From: a virus
Lineage: Duplodnaviria; Caudoviricetes
Strand: one strand, 5' to 3'
Virus record (IMG/VR): IMGVR_UViG_3300037761_000203
Span: 1 to 46,280 of that record
DNA: 46,280 bases
In this document: positions 45,187 to 46,280 of the stretch, piece after piece
Layout: every line of letters begins with the position of its first letter
Position numbering within the stretch: position 1 is the stretch's first letter
Made by a program: the position numbers and the translations under genes
The notes under the pieces: model-generated
The model's database searches: none
The model's input: only the letters and a program-made list of their open reading frames with translations
Told to the model about the DNA's origin: nothing

Positions 45187-46280
45187 GGTCTGGACCCGGC
45201 CGCTGGTCACGGGACTGCCGGGGCCGTGTGGCTGTGGTTGCGCTCTGACGCCGGAGACTTCGCTTGGATTCTCGGCGGTCGAGTTCACGCGGGACATCCT
45301 GCGGATTGACCTACTGCCGTGGCAGCGGTGGCTGTTGATCCACGGCTTGGAGTTGCTGCCGGATGGCCGGTACCGGTTCCGTGTGATCGTGGTCCTGGTC
45401 GCCAGGCAGAATGGCAAGACCTTGACCCTGGTCGCGAAGAACCTGTGGAAGATGTACGTCCGCCAGGTGCGACTGGTGATCGCCACCGCGCAGGATCTCG
45501 ACACTGCGGAGGAGGCGTGGGACACCGCGGTCGAGATGGTGGAGTCCAACCCGGAGTTGGACTCCGAGAAGGCGCACGTCGACCGGACCAACGGCAAGAA
45601 GGCGTTGCGGCTCACGAACGGCTCTCGCTGGAAGGTTGTCACGACCTCGCGCCGGGGTGGCCGCGGCAAGGCTGGCGACGATGTGAACCTGGATGAGCTG
45701 CGCGAGCATCTGGACTGGCTGGCGTGGGGCGCGTTGACCAAGACGACGATGGCCAAGCCGAACGCCCAGGTCTGGACGTTCTCCAACGCCGGCGATGACC
45801 GCTCGGTGGTGTTGAATGACTTGCAGGCCAAAGGCCGGAAGGCAGCCGAGGTGCCGGAAGCAGATCCGCAGTTGGGGCTGTTTGAATGGTCGGCCGCGGA
45901 TGACATTCGGTGTACGTGTGTGCGCAGGTCGCCGGATGCGCCTCACGCCGCTGATTGCCGGCTGCGGGATCCGCAGGCTCGGGCGCAGGCGAACCCGGCG
46001 CTGGGGTACACGATCACCGATGGTGCTGTCGAGTCGTCGCTGAGCACTGACCCGGAGGCTGTGCACCGTACTGAGGTGCTCTGCCAGCGGGTGCCGGATC
46101 TGACCGAGGGGATCATCACCGCCGTGCAGTGGGCGCGCTTGCACGACCCGGCGTCCAAGCGCGCCGGGGATGTGGCGCTGGGCGCGGACATCTCCCCGCT
46201 GCGGGACTACGCGGCGGTGGCGGTGTACGGGCTGCGCGAGGACGAGCTGGGCCACGGGCAGCTGATCGACTACCGGCCGG
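45143..46280 (+). CDS. terL: Terminase large subunit, 3'-partial
   Basis: Frame read by hand from TTG 45143: LLPWQ.W, VARQNGKT (Walker A), LDELREH (Walker B), SNAGD, ANP.LG, TEVLCQ; no stop in the window. Confidence 0.92.
   Translation, partial: MPSFAPPLRGKTTPRVWTRPLVTGLPGPCGCGCALTPETSLGFSAVEFTRDILRIDLLPWQRWLLIHGLELLPDGRYRFRVIVVLVARQNGKTLTLVAKNLWKMYVRQVRLVIATAQDLDTAEEAWDTAVEMVESNPELDSEKAHVDRTNGKKALRLTNGSRWKVVTTSRRGGRGKAGDDVNLDELREHLDWLAWGALTKTTMAKPNAQVWTFSNAGDDRSVVLNDLQAKGRKAAEVPEADPQLGLFEWSAADDIRCTCVRRSPDAPHAADCRLRDPQARAQANPALGYTITDGAVESSLSTDPEAVHRTEVLCQRVPDLTEGIITAVQWARLHDPASKRAGDVALGADISPLRDYAAVAVYGLREDELGHGQLIDYRP

Noticed and set aside
1-46280. tRNA genes, reverse transcriptase/DGR, transposases
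   Set aside because: No cloverleaf, RT motif, template/variable repeat pair or DDE transposase recognised by eye; a tRNAscan/HMM run would be needed to exclude them fully.

Overview
The whole window is a high-GC temperate actinobacteriophage (siphovirus-type) genome; the host is probably a filamentous actinomycete. Gene order: an endonuclease VII gene open at the left edge, virion decoration/fibre genes, head-tail joining and tail genes (chaperone with a -1 frameshift, tape measure, Dit, a PhoD-fused hub), lysis genes, a leftward accessory operon led by structured non-coding RNA, a direct-repeat-flanked two-ParB cassette, a short tyrosine integrase with a CI/Cro switch, a long early region (WhiB, exonuclease, ERF, RusA, methyltransferase, replication initiator), then HNH, TerS and a TerL that runs off the right edge. 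Portal, protease and capsid genes are not in the window. The most unusual elements are: (1) a two-gene ParB-fold cassette without ParA, with 16-bp flanking direct repeats, its own promoter and a 30-bp palindrome inside one gene; (2) two tandem, apparently homologous structured RNAs behind a near-consensus promoter; (3) a PhoD-like phosphoesterase fused to the baseplate hub; (4) parS-like palindromes inside an HTH-methyltransferase gene. All protein calls come from motif recognition and synteny by eye; no database search or folding program was run.
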